Origin: Octopus sinensis
Taxonomy: Eukaryota
Assembly (NCBI RefSeq): GCF_006345805.1
Contig: NW_021832668.1
Location: forward strand, 1 to 29,983
DNA length: 29,983 nucleotides
Direction: 5' to 3'
Shown here: piece by piece, positions 9,744-21,091 of the stretch
Layout: each line of letters begins with the position of its first letter
Numbering within the stretch: position 1 is the stretch's first letter
Made by a program: the position numbers and the translations under genes
Notes under the pieces: model-generated
The model's database searches: none
Told to the model about the DNA's origin: nothing
The model's input: the letters and a program-made list of their open reading frames with translations, nothing else

Positions 9744-10121
9744 TGGTTATCCTAAAGATAATGTGGTTTCTTTTTATACGTCTTTCATTTTTCAAACAAA
9801 TTGAAATAGACAAAAATACTTTTACTCTAAAATATACCCTCCTTCATTTCCTACAAAGGTCTTCCAAAATTCACTTATCTGTGACGAAAAATACTCCTCC
9901 ACTACTGTTTTGACCTCGTCTACAGAATTAATATTTTTTCCCTCCAAATAATTTTGAAGACTGCAGAATAAATGATAATCAGACGGGGCAATGTGCGGCG
10001 AATATGGTCGGTCTGGCATCGTTTCCCATTCAAACTGCTCCATCCTTTCGAATGTCATCCTCGTTGTATGTGGCCGAGCATAATTCTGATGGAAGAACAA
10101 CTTTCATCTTGAAACCAAAGA

Positions 10122-10488
10122 AGCTTGAGAGGCGGTTGGATGGAACCTCCTTATCAGACCTCAAAATCTGTCGTGGAAGCGCCATCCAACCAAAATGCAA
10201 ATATATGGGAAACTACCACCTGTGTCATCTCTTGTGAAAGATAAGAGAGTCCAGTTTTCTGGACATTGTTGTAGAGCTGAAAAAGAGATAATTTCTACTA
10301 TTCTCCTCTGGAAGCCATCTACTCGCAATACCAGAGGGCGCACACTCTCCTACCCTGATGTAATCTCCAAGGATACAAGCATCCAGCAACAGGACCTCCG
10401 TAATGCCATGATAGACCGTGAGGTCTGGCATAGCATGGTAAATTCCATTGTCTCGACCACGGTCGAACAATGATGATGATGATTAGGA
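10122..10488 (+). mobile_element. 5'-truncated RTE-clade LINE 3' end nested in the mariner
   Basis: ORF 10195-10473 (SWKRHPT..IYG.LP..S...GHC.R..LLWKP..RG...DREVW) with a (TGA)n tail. 6-bp TSD caaaga at 10116-10121 and 10489-10494. The mariner frame resumes across it. Confidence 0.88.
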
Positions 10489-10883
10489 CAAAGATGCTGG
10501 TCGTGGATCTCATTTTTTATTGTTTGGTTTGGGTTTAAATGTTCAATGTGGATTAAACCTTCCATATCTCACCAAACAAATAGCAATACATTACGTGGGT
10601 AAAGACCTTCGTTATCCTGGGATAGTGGTGTTTCTGCTATCCCTACCCCGTTGATATTTTAATAGAGATTTCATTTCTCGTCACCAGTTGCTATTCGGTC
10701 CAAAAAAAGGTTCATTCGTGAGACGTGATAGTAAAGAAGAGCACACATACACTCTCTGCCAGCAATTAGATTCGGAAAGTTTGTGAGCAGCCTATTGACC
10801 CAATTTGTCGATGCATGGTTGAACGACCAAATCCAAGCTGCTCTGCGAGTTTCTTAAAGGTTTCAGTAGGATTTTGTTCCACC

Positions 10884-11674
10884 GAAGGCAGCGAGCTGGC
10901 AGAAACGTTAGCAGGCCGGGCGAAATGCTTAGCGGTATTTCATCTGCCGTTACGTTCTGAGTTCAAATTCCGCCGAGGTCCACTTTGCCTTTCATCCTTT
11001 CGGGGTCGATAAATTAAGTACCAGTTACGCACTGGGGTCGATGTAATCGACTTAATACCTATGTCTGTCCTTGTTTGTCCCCTCTGTGTTTAGCACCTTG
11101 TGGGTAATAAAGAAATAGGTATTTCATCTGCCATTACGTTCTGAGTTCAAATTCCGCCGAGGTCGACTTTGCTTTTCATCCTTTCGGGGGTCGATAAATT
11201 AAGTACCAGTTACGCACTGGGGTCGATGTAATCGACTTAATCCGTTTGTCTGTCCTTGTTTGTCCTATCTGTGTTTAGCCCCTTGTGGGTAGTAAAGAAA
11301 TAGGTATTTCGTCTGGCGTTACGTTCTGAGTTGAAATTCCGCCGAGGTCGACTATGCCTTTCATCCTTTCGGGGTCGATACATTAAGTACTAGTTACGCA
11401 CTGGGGTCGACGCAATCGACTTAATCCGTTTGTCTGTCCTTGTTTGTCCTATCTGTGTTTAGCCCCTTGTGGGTAGTAAAGAAATAGGTATTTCGTCTGG
11501 CGTTACGTTCTGAGTTGAAATTCTGCCGAGGTCGACTATGCCTTTCATCCTTTCGGGGTCGATACATTAAGTACTAGTTACGCACTGGGGTCGACGCAAT
11601 CGACTTAATCCGTTTGTCTGTCCTTGTTTGTCCCCTCTATGTTTAACCCCTTGTGGGCAATAAAGAAATGAGCG
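10884..11674 (+). mobile_element. tRNA-derived SINE (Deu/Nin-like body) as head plus 4 tandem 184-185 bp units
   Basis: A box agctggcagaaacgttag and B box gagttcaaattcc. Units start at 10934, 11118, 11303 and 11487. A single 12-bp TSD ttttgttccacc lies at 10872-10883 and 11675-11686. Confidence 0.93.
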
Positions 11675-12069
11675 TTTTGTTCCACCAGATTTTGCAGGAT
11701 AGCCTCGGCGGGCTCAACACATCTTCCAGGACGGGTCTTGTTTTCTAGGCTGTAGTTTCCGGCTAGGAATTTCTGGAACCACCGTTGACACTGGCACAGG
11801 TTTATTGTTCGATCCGTTGCGCTGTTGCCTTTTATTGAACACATAAAGCTAAATATGCCGAATATGTACCTTTGTCACTTCCGTTTATAGCTTTGAAAAA
11901 CACAAGTGTTAAAATCGAACGTCACTCTTCAAAACTTGCACTAAGAGTAAGGGCAAGGTAAAATCACTACCAGCTTTTATAGCAAATTAATACAGGTAGT
12001 TTAGCCCGCCTCCTCCGACTTTTCGTTCATGCAATTGAAAAAAACCGCATTATTTATGGGATGAACCAG

Positions 12070-12094
12070 TATATAAGTGTGTATATATATATAC

Positions 12095-12128
<34 letters not shown>

Positions 12129-12161
12129 TTACATACATATATTATATATATATATAATATA

Positions 12162-12194
<33 letters not shown>

Positions 12195-12204
12195 GTATAT
12201 ATAT

Positions 12205-12246
<42 letters not shown>

Positions 12247-12255
12247 TCTATATAG
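12070..12255. repeat. (TA)/(TACA) microsatellite
   Basis: Direct reading. Confidence 0.9.
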
Positions 12256-12852
12256 TTATATATTCATCACCCATCCCACAAGATTTTATGGCTTTACATG
12301 CGTACATATTCACATGTACATACGTACATTCGTACATATGTAATTCAATGTTTGTCGAAGCTAATTAAATATACCTATTTTAGTATACCAATTTGTTTTT
12401 CTAACAAATCATGTAATAGATGTGTACTTCCAATACGAATTCTGCCTTTCTTCCTATCTTTCTCTCTCCATGAATTATTTACATAGTAAATTCATCTTTG
12501 ATACCATCTGCTGGACTTAAGTTTTGTTTATTTATTTGCCTAGTTTGTGTGTCTGCTAGTGCATATATCAGTGTAACTAATTATTCATCTACCTGACTGC
12601 TTACCTAACTATATTATCTATTCACTCACACACTTACACACTCTGCTCTGCCCGCCTCTGCATGCGTATGCGTATGCGTGTGTGAGCGCATGTGTGTATG
12701 CGTGTGTGTGTGTGTGTGTGTATGTGATATTGGTTATCCTTTCGTTTTTGATAACACGTCTATTTCTCTATTCTGCTCTAGATATTACTCTATACATTTA
12801 CATGTTGTCCTTATTCTTTCTCTCCCTAACACTCTCTCTCTTGTCCTCCACA

Positions 12853-12891
<39 letters not shown>

Positions 12892-13134
12892 TCAGTCTGC
12901 TTCTGCAAACAGACACTTGCAATAGACATACACACATATACACAAAATTACAACCATAGATAATTATGTAAATAATTATCAATGCATATACATATCTCTT
13001 ATCTACATACCTGTTTACTAATCTATCAATTTATATCCTATTTTCCTCTATACTTTTTACATGTATGTATCTTTGTATCTGTAGATCTCTGCTTGACTGC
13101 GTGTATAAATGTTTGTCTATCTTTATGAGCATGT

Positions 13135-13137
13135 ATA

Positions 13138-13175
<38 letters not shown>

Positions 13176-13234
13176 TGTATGTTTTTATGCATGTACGTTT
13201 CTATGCGTATATATGAGTTTATTACGTATATATT

Positions 13235-13293
<59 letters not shown>

Positions 13294-13299
13294 CATATG

Positions 13300-13333
<34 letters not shown>

Positions 13334-13347
13334 TGTATGTATATATA
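13135..13347. repeat. (TA)/(TATG) microsatellite
   Basis: Direct reading. Confidence 0.9.
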
Positions 13348-13653
13348 AATGTGGGAATATAACCATTTTTCTGTCTTTTATATTCCTAATTGAACTCTTA
13401 AAAAAAGGGGCTGTTTTCTAACAAATTAAACCAGCTCTATCATTGGAATTTGGAAAACAACAATGATGTGTTAGAAATGCTTTACATAATTTTGTTGTTT
13501 ATCTTAGAGACTGTATATGTAAAATGCACATTAGTTGTGCACTTCTTTGCACAAAAATCTTTGCAGAATACATATTTGCAAGTGCGTCTCTGAATTTACA
13601 TCTGTATGTATGTACGTATCTATGTAAGTATCTTCTATTTTTATATCATTATA

Positions 13654-13885
13654 TGTTTCTTTACTGCCCACAAGGGGCTTAAACATAGAGGGGACAAACA
13701 AGGACAGACAAACGGATTAAGTCGATTGCATCGACCACACTGCGTAACTGGTACTTAATTTATCGACCCCGAAAGGATGAAAGGCAAAGTGGACCTCGGC
13801 GGAATTTGAACTCAGAACGTAATGGCAGACGAAATACGGCTACGCATTTCGCCCGGCGTGCTAACGTCTCTGCCAGCTCGCCGCC
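13654..13885 (-). mobile_element. Monomeric copy of the 10884 SINE
   Basis: Reverse complement of head plus one unit. 14-16 bp TSD tttttatatcattata at 13638-13653 and 13886-13901. Confidence 0.92.
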
Positions 13886-14326
13886 TTTTTATATCATTAT
13901 AAATCTTCCATTGAGGAGGGAACGGTTTGCAACAACGATACACGGCTCCATCTTTGGGATGTAGTTGACACGAACATAGCTATATTTGGAACTTAAGAAA
14001 AGTCTTGCATATTTTTACTGTTCCACTTTCAGATGGCACTTGTAATGTATGAATTAACCGGTCGATTGTATTACTGTAAATCCCAGTTTATCACGATTCT
14101 CCTTTGAGTATTTACTCACAAAACCTAGTGCTCCAATTATTATTGGTATGAATATGAACTCATAATCTGAATATAGAATCTGGAGGTTTCGAAGCAGTTG
14201 TCCATAGCTATCCTCTTTTTCTTTGATTTTCAAAAATATATAATTATATCTGCAGGGCTGCTAACCTCTATGACGGTACATATATTTGCCCTCTGACCCG
14301 AATAACAATATCCTGTATATTATGAT

Positions 14327-14455
14327 TATGTATGTATGTATGTATGTATGTATGTATGCATGTATGCATGTATGTATGTATGTATGTATGTATGTATGTA
14401 TGTATGTATGTATGTATGTATGTATGTATGTATATGTGTGTGTATGTATGCATGC
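14327..14455. repeat. (TATG)n microsatellite
   Basis: Direct reading. Confidence 0.95.
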
Positions 14456-14529
14456 ATTTTCATATTTCTCTCTTTAATTTAGAATACATTTTTACAGGTT
14501 ACCTGCTTGGTAACAAGCGTTTGAAGGAA

Positions 14530-16060
14530 AGCATCTTGTTAAACCCGAAAAAGCCCTCTCAGATTTTATAGCCCCAGTTATTGCGATCAGTTTAAGTAAG
14601 AACCTAATTTCAGTCATACTTTACTCCAGGTGCGTTGGTACGTATCTTGTAGCTCCAATACTAATTGGTGTGAAGCTGAAAGACTATCTTGGCCAATGGA
14701 TTTGCAAACTCCCTATCAATGGCTCATAAATGTCCTCTTTCTCCTCTATTTTTCTAACCACATAGGTATGTAGTGAGTCGTTGATTTCCACACCAGAGCA
14801 TGGTGGAGGCACATGGCTTAGTGGTTAGAGCAGCGGACTCGCGGGTTCGAATCTCAGACCGGCGGATATGTGTGTTTATGAGCGAAAACACCTAAGCTCC
14901 ACGCGGCTCCCGCAGAAGGTAATGGCGAACTTCTGCTGACTCTTTCGCCACAACTTTCTCTCACTACTTCCTCCTGCATCTTGCAGCTCACCTGCGATGG
15001 ACCGGCGTCCCGTCCAGGTGGGGAACCTATACGCCAAGAAACCGGGAAGCCGGCCCTTATGAGCCAGGCATGGCTCGAGAAGAAACAAACAAAAAACACC
15101 AGAGCATGTCTTTATCTTGTTGTTCCAAGCAAATATATCTGACCGATTGTGTTTTAACTTGGAGATTATTTTAATTCTTAAGTCCCATCAATATTCTTTC
15201 GATTAATTATAATCACTATAATTAATTTCAAGTGATGATGGTTTCCTGTTTGTTATCTCGTTCAAAACTGCTCCAGCTAACGCATCATGCTCCACGGGAT
15301 GAAAATATTTGGAAGCTATTCCTTCGCATTTGGTAAATATGTGGTCGATATTCGCAGTCTTGGTTTCCAACAACCCACATTTATTGTCTGCCAATATTTT
15401 TAGCATTTTATGCAGCAAGTGAGCCCTATTCTTCTTGAATTATATGGAGAAACCCTTCGAAGTGGGATATCATAAATATGTTGGTACTCCGTTCCTAGAA
15501 TTTGATATGATGAATTCTTCTATGGTTTGTGTCTTTCGTTTCAAGTAGCCATGCACTCTCTTCTCAATGAATTAACTTGTCCATCTGTTTTATTTTGTTA
15601 TTTTGATGAATAGATTTTAACAATGCCCATTAGGGAGAGATCAATACCAGTTCTAACTCCATGCATCTCCTGGTCTTCATTAGCTCTCCTAATTTTATTG
15701 CTAATTTCATAGTCGCAAACTTTTACAAATCTCTTTCCTCTGATGCACATGTTGATTCATTGCCATAATACGTGCTTCATAAGATGTCTATACAGATTTA
15801 AGTCCACGACTACCATTCTTGTGTGGGAAATGTCAACTATCTTCGCCTTCATTGATGCTGACGCTCTCTGTTGCACTGAGCAGCTTGCGACTTCGTATAT
15901 CTATCTCAGTGAGTTTAGAAAACCGAATGAGGGCCAGAGATGAATCACTACCTAGGTGTTGCAGGCGATATGTGTGTTATAAGCTGAGAGGCCAGATGAC
16001 CAAAGCTTTTTCACCCTCTTGTAAGACTCATTCCTTGTCCACTGATCGCTGACATTATTG
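14530..16060 (-). pseudogene. R4/Dong-like non-LTR retrotransposon remnant (RT thumb, CCHC-like motif, RLE)
   Basis: Manual minus-strand translation gives KRVKKLWSSGLSAYN, DIRSRKLL, HFPHKNGSRGLKSV, KRVHGY, FEGFLHIIQE, NIDHIFTKC..IA...VEHD, HNRSDI, EKEDIYEPL, PISIGA. Many stops and frameshifts. Confidence 0.8.
14803..15095 (+). mobile_element. tRNA-derived SINE inserted in the LINE endonuclease region
   Basis: A box TGGCTTAGTGGTTAG and B box GGTTCGAATCTC. (AAAC)/A tail. 13-bp TSD acaccagagcatg at 14790-14802 and 15096-15108. Confidence 0.92.
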
Positions 16061-16179
16061 CTTTCTTCAGAATTGCTATGTTTCCGTTTTGATATAGGTA
16101 TGTATGTAACTTGTGTCCCCTTACATCTGTGTGCATTTTGTTATTTATCTATGACTGTTTTCCAGTGTATGACTTCATG

Positions 16180-16440
16180 AATACCTATCTATTTATCTAT
16201 CTTGTCTATCTTATCTACCGATCTGTCTGTATGACCTTCTAAACGTTTGTTCATCCATCCAATTATTCATCCGTCCGTCCGTCCGTCCATCCATCTGTCT
16301 GTCCGCCTGTTCGTCCGTCCATCAGTCTGACTGTCTGTCTGTCTATCTATCTATTTATCTATCTGTCTGTTTGTCTGTCTGACCATCCATCTATCCATTC
16401 ATCCATCCATCCACCTATCTATCTATCTATCTATCGACCT
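16180..16440. repeat. Compound tetranucleotide tract (TATC/TGTC/TCCA/TCCG)
   Basis: Direct reading. Confidence 0.85.
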
Positions 16441-16530
16441 ATCTATGTTATATCATATAGACCCCGATGTCCTACTCAATGGCTTCTGCATATTAAAGTG
16501 AAAGTCACCAAAGAGAGAACTGGTAATTTT

Positions 16531-17124
16531 TAGTTAGTTAGTTAGTTAGTTAATTTGGCTAAAAAGCAAATAGCAAGACCATGTAGGTGGACATGGAGTT
16601 AAGTACAGGGTGGTGTTCATGTAAAGAGTTCAGGCCACTTGAGGTCAAGGGAGGCTTTGAACAAAGCGGTCGTCGGCATCTTCACCATCTCGTTTGGCAG
16701 CTTGTTCCACGGATCCGCAACCCGGACGGAGAAAGCTCCTCTCCTTCGATTGAGATGAAATCGTCGCAGGTAGAGCTTTTCGGAATGACCCCGCAGCCGA
16801 CGCTCTGGAGCAGGAGTGAAGAACAGCTCCTTCGAGAGGTTACACTTTCCGCTTATGATGTTGTGGGCGAGAATGAGATCACCACGGCGGCGGCGTTTTT
16901 CAAGAGAATAAAGGTCGAGCGTCCTCAGCCTTTCTTCATAGGACAAATTTTTGAGACCATGAACCATGCGGGTAGCCAGCTTCTGGACTCTTTCGAGATG
17001 CTGTATGTCTTTGAGGAGATATGGAGAAGAGGCTTAAATCCCGTACTCCAATATGGATCTCACCAGCGTGACATAGAGTGGTAGGAATATGGCTGATGTG
17101 AGCATTCCGAATGACCGTCGAATC
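16531..17124 (-). mobile_element. 5'-truncated CR1-group LINE 3' end
   Basis: Minus-strand LYVTLVRSILEYG..ERVQKLATRM followed by ORF 16617-16967 (LSYEERLRTLDLYSLEKRRRRGDLI...RGHSEKL...FSVRVADPWNKLP). (ACTA)n tail at 16531-16553. Confidence 0.92.
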
Positions 17125-17660
17125 AAGATGTCTAATGTCGATAAAGATGTCTAATGTAGATAAAAGTTGGCATGTTAAATGCATCGGTATGAACTTCTCT
17201 ACATGTATTATATTTTTTATAACAGATTCAATGCATTAACAAGTGAACAGTGGTTAAAATGTTAAAGTTGATAAATGAATACATTACGAAGAAAAAACAG
17301 ATGTATATTTATAAGCCAGCATTTCAGATATGTTGCTGCTCCAAAACGGAAATGTTTTTTAATAATTTACATGCTAAGATATAAAGGTTAGATTTAACTT
17401 CAACTAATAAAACAAATAGTTTTGAGGTGCAGGTGAATCTATTCTCTTAACATAATCTTTAACGTTGTTTGAGCAACATAGAGAGCGAGAAGATAAAATT
17501 TTCCTGAAACCACTACTCCCGCATTACGATGTTCGAAAATGACTAAAAACTTTGTCAGCATTCTCTTCAAAAGCTTCCATGTTGCAAAGAGTTTGGAAAC
17601 CTAAGGTTAACATAAACACGGCTTCCATCGGCACCACGTTAGCATATATATATATAAAAC

Positions 17661-17931
17661 ATATTAGAAAAAACCCCACCTTTTATCAATTCAAAATGAA
17701 TAATTAAATTACACCATCTAGAAAATTACATATAATAGAAAAGTATAAATTAAAATAAAGATTAAGTAAATTTTTCTACCTATTATATACATTATATTAT
17801 TCTTGTAATTTACTTAATCTTTACTTTTTAATTGTTATTTTAATTTATACTTTTCTATTGTATGTAATTTTCTAGATGGTGTAATTTAATTATTCATTTT
17901 GAATTGATAAAAGGTGGTCTTTTTCTAATAT
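17661..17931. repeat. AT-rich foldback (arms of about 112 and 125 bp)
   Basis: 17661-17772 pairs with 17807-17931, with few mismatches and a 14-bp insertion (17821-17834) in the right arm. Confidence 0.92.
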
Positions 17932-18049
17932 CTTATATATTTTATATTGTTGTGGAATTTGATTTAGTATTTCTAAAATGCATTCTTTTTCCTTGTAAGT
18001 TTGGATTTATTCCCTCAAATAATAATTATATATATATATATATATATAT

Positions 18050-18288
18050 ACTCTTTTACTCTTTTACTTGTTTCAGTCATGTGACTGTGGCCATGCTGGA
18101 GCACCGCCTTTGGTCGAGCAAATTGACCTCAGGACTTATCCTATCGAACTCTTTTGACGAACCGCTAAGTTACGGGGGATGTAAACATACATTGTCAAGC
18201 GATGTTGGGGGCACAAACACAGACACACATATACACACACATACATATATGCACACACACACACACAGAAACACACACACACACACAA

Positions 18289-18336
<48 letters not shown>

Positions 18337-18487
18337 GACGGGCCTCTTTCAGTTTCTACCAAATCCATTCACAAGTCTTTGGTCAGCTAGAGGCTATAGT
18401 AGGAGACACTTGCCCAAGATGCCACGCAGTGGGACTGAACCTGGAACCATGTGGTTGGTAAGCAAGCTACTTATCACACAGCCACTC
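18050..18487 (-). mobile_element. SINE, 3483 family
   Basis: Collinear similarity to 3483-3870, with an expanded internal microsatellite. Confidence 0.88.
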
Positions 18488-18522
18488 ATATATACATGCA
18501 TCCATACATACACACACATGCA

Positions 18523-18559
<37 letters not shown>

Positions 18560-18723
18560 GTATGTAGGTATATTATAGATTGTTTGAAGTGGTGTATCTG
18601 ATTTTATATATTGGGAAAAAGAGGTAGTGAGAATTTTGGTTACTTATTTATATCTTTCATCTCGTTTCAAAGATGCACGCGTGCATGCATACACTCATAC
18701 ATAAATACATACATACATACATA

Positions 18724-19244
18724 ACGTAAATCTTCGGGTGTAGTCTGCCCTTGAGTATAAAACGCAGGGGATTTTTAGGGGGCTGTACCTCTGAAAAACC
18801 TGAACATTGTGTATAATACGCACCCCTTCTCTAACTTGAGTCGTGCGTAATTAAACCAGCAGCACCTAGTCGAACTAACACTTCTGTACATTCGTAATAT
18901 AATAATGGTGATGTTCTTAACTGTTATATGGGAATGTAAATATATTTGCAAATTGTTTTTGTTACTTGTTATTCTCTGTTCTGAATACTTTTGTTTTAAT
19001 AAATGTTGCTTACTGCAAGTTATGGATGATTCCTTTAAGACTTCAATGCTTTCAGGCTTAGCTTAAGGTATTTTCGCGCCCAACATCACAAAATGCGTCT
19101 GAATAAGCATTGCCGGACAGCAAATAGAGACTCGGACATTGCTTAGAAAACATTTTTCATTTTTAACCTCGTATATAGTACGCACTAGGGATTTAGTCCT
19201 TTAAATTTGGGGGGAAAATGCAGGTTGTACTCGAGGATTTATGG
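18724..19244. mobile_element. Old pogo/Tigger-like MITE
   Basis: TA-flanked degenerate TIRs acgtaaatcttcgggtgtagtctgc and ccataaatcctcgagtacaacctgc match at 17 of 25 positions, mostly transitions. Subterminal gagtataaaacgca and gtataatacgcac repeats. Confidence 0.55.
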
Positions 19245-19782
19245 TACATGTGTGTGTGTGTGTGCGTGCGTGTGTAATACTATCCCGCATAAATTCTTGA
19301 TTTATTAAAATTATTTTCACCTCTACGGGGTGGGTTTTTTTTATTATGAAATGGCAGTTAAGACCACCTCTATAGGGAAAGGGGTGGGACAATCTAATAA
19401 ATGAAAAATTCTCCAAAGTTGCGAAAATAAAAAAAAAATGAGAAAATAATCGGGAATACGTGTTTCTGTCTCAACGTGACATCATCATCATTGTCACAGC
19501 TATCCTACCTTACGTCTAGAAGTGAAGGGAAGCAGGCACACAAAATGAGCCAATTTGTTGTATTTGTTGTTTAAATTCGTGTCACTGTCCACTCTGAGTA
19601 ATTTCTCTCAGCTCATTTACGAAATAAAAAATTCAATGAGATTTTCTATGCCCCACCTCTTCGTTCTTCCTTGTTCTCTAAACTAAGGACATTTCACGTA
19701 CTGCAGTTGATACAGTAAATAATTTCCCGGACAGATGTGTAAGTACGGATAAAAGCATGAAGTAAACAGTATACATAACACA

Positions 19783-19824
<42 letters not shown>

Positions 19825-20036
19825 TACACACACACAGACATACACACACACACGCACAAATACACAGAGTGAAATCGAAAATTAAATTAAAAAATAAAGT
19901 CATCCAACATATATATATGTGTGTGTGTTTGCGTGTGTGTGAGTATGTGTCTTGTATGCGTGTGTATGTATGTATGTATGCATACACATGTATCCAAAGA
20001 AGTACGCACACACAAACACACACACAAATATATAAT

Positions 20037-20742
20037 GTATACTGTGTCTCTTCTCTCTCTCTGTTCCCACTCCCTCTCTTTACACACACACACACACACA
20101 CACTCACGTGTATTTACATACATACATATATACACTCATATACACATCCACATACACAACTAGACACATGTACGTATATATTATTTAGTATCATCTCAAA
20201 TAGTGTCAAGAGACCTTTTAGAAGATAAAATCCTGGATAACGAGTCATTTCAAAACACCTGATATTAAGCTATAGAAAGAACGGTAAACATTTAGAATAG
20301 AATATTACCTTATTATCTCAGCTGAAAACCACATACAATCTGAAATGAGCAGCGTAATTTACTTTCTTAGCGGTGTTCAGGTACTCATAATTGTTTCAAT
20401 CACGTCTCATTAGTTCAGTTTCTTATCTTAGTTGATGCACAAAAGCTTTCATCACATTTCTACTCGCTTATATTTCTACACAGAATGTTAAGCCTGTATG
20501 AAAAACTCATATCGTATACTGTGTCTCTTCTCCCTCCTTGTTCCCACTCGCTCTCTTTACACACACACACACACACACACATACACACAAACACATACAC
20601 ACACACACACATACATGAACACACACTCATGTATATTTACATACATACATACACTCATATACACATCCACATACACAACTAGCCACATGTACATATACAT
20701 TATTTAGCGTCATCTCAAATAATGTCAAGAGACCTTTTAGAA
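20037..20742. repeat. Direct repeat (20037-20223 and 20514-20742) flanking a 290-bp unique core
   Basis: Both copies run from gtatactgtgtctcttctc to tgtcaagagaccttttagaa and differ mainly in (CA)n length. Confidence 0.9.
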
Positions 20743-21091
20743 ATGTGATCCAATTAGATCCAATTAGAAATGTGGTACTATGGATTGCAATACGGGTATT
20801 ATTACGTATAACTTAGTATGTAAACTGGGTAGTCGTTTATGCTTGCGTTCTCAATAGACGTTGTAAATTCAGTTCTAAGATACACAGAGAGATACAGATA
20901 TAAAAACATAAATAAACGTATATAGGTACGTATGCATGTAAGCATGCATGTATGCGTCTATGTATATATGTATGTATGCATGTATATTCATATACGTTTC
21001 TACATACACTCACACATACGTATGTATACATGCATACAAACATACACATGGACGTATATACAAAACATTAATTTATACACACTCGTATATA

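Larger units (their letters stand above)
9743..12069 (-). mobile_element. mariner (DD34D-type) transposon, both TIRs present, transposase decayed and interrupted twice
   Basis: Similar TIRs (ttggtt-atcctaaagataatgtggttt and ctggttcatcccataaataatgcggttt) flanked by TA. Minus-strand motifs CQRWFQKF, LVEQNP, ELAEQLG, DRIATGDEK, VW*DMEG, HQNYARPH, YSPHIAPSDYHLF. Confidence 0.93.

Noticed and set aside
10934-11669. CRISPR-like or satellite array
   Set aside because: Units are 184 bp with no unique spacers and are copies of a dispersed SINE in a eukaryotic context.
16587-17084. 165-aa plus-strand ORF
   Set aside because: It is the antisense shadow of the CR1 RT C-terminus.
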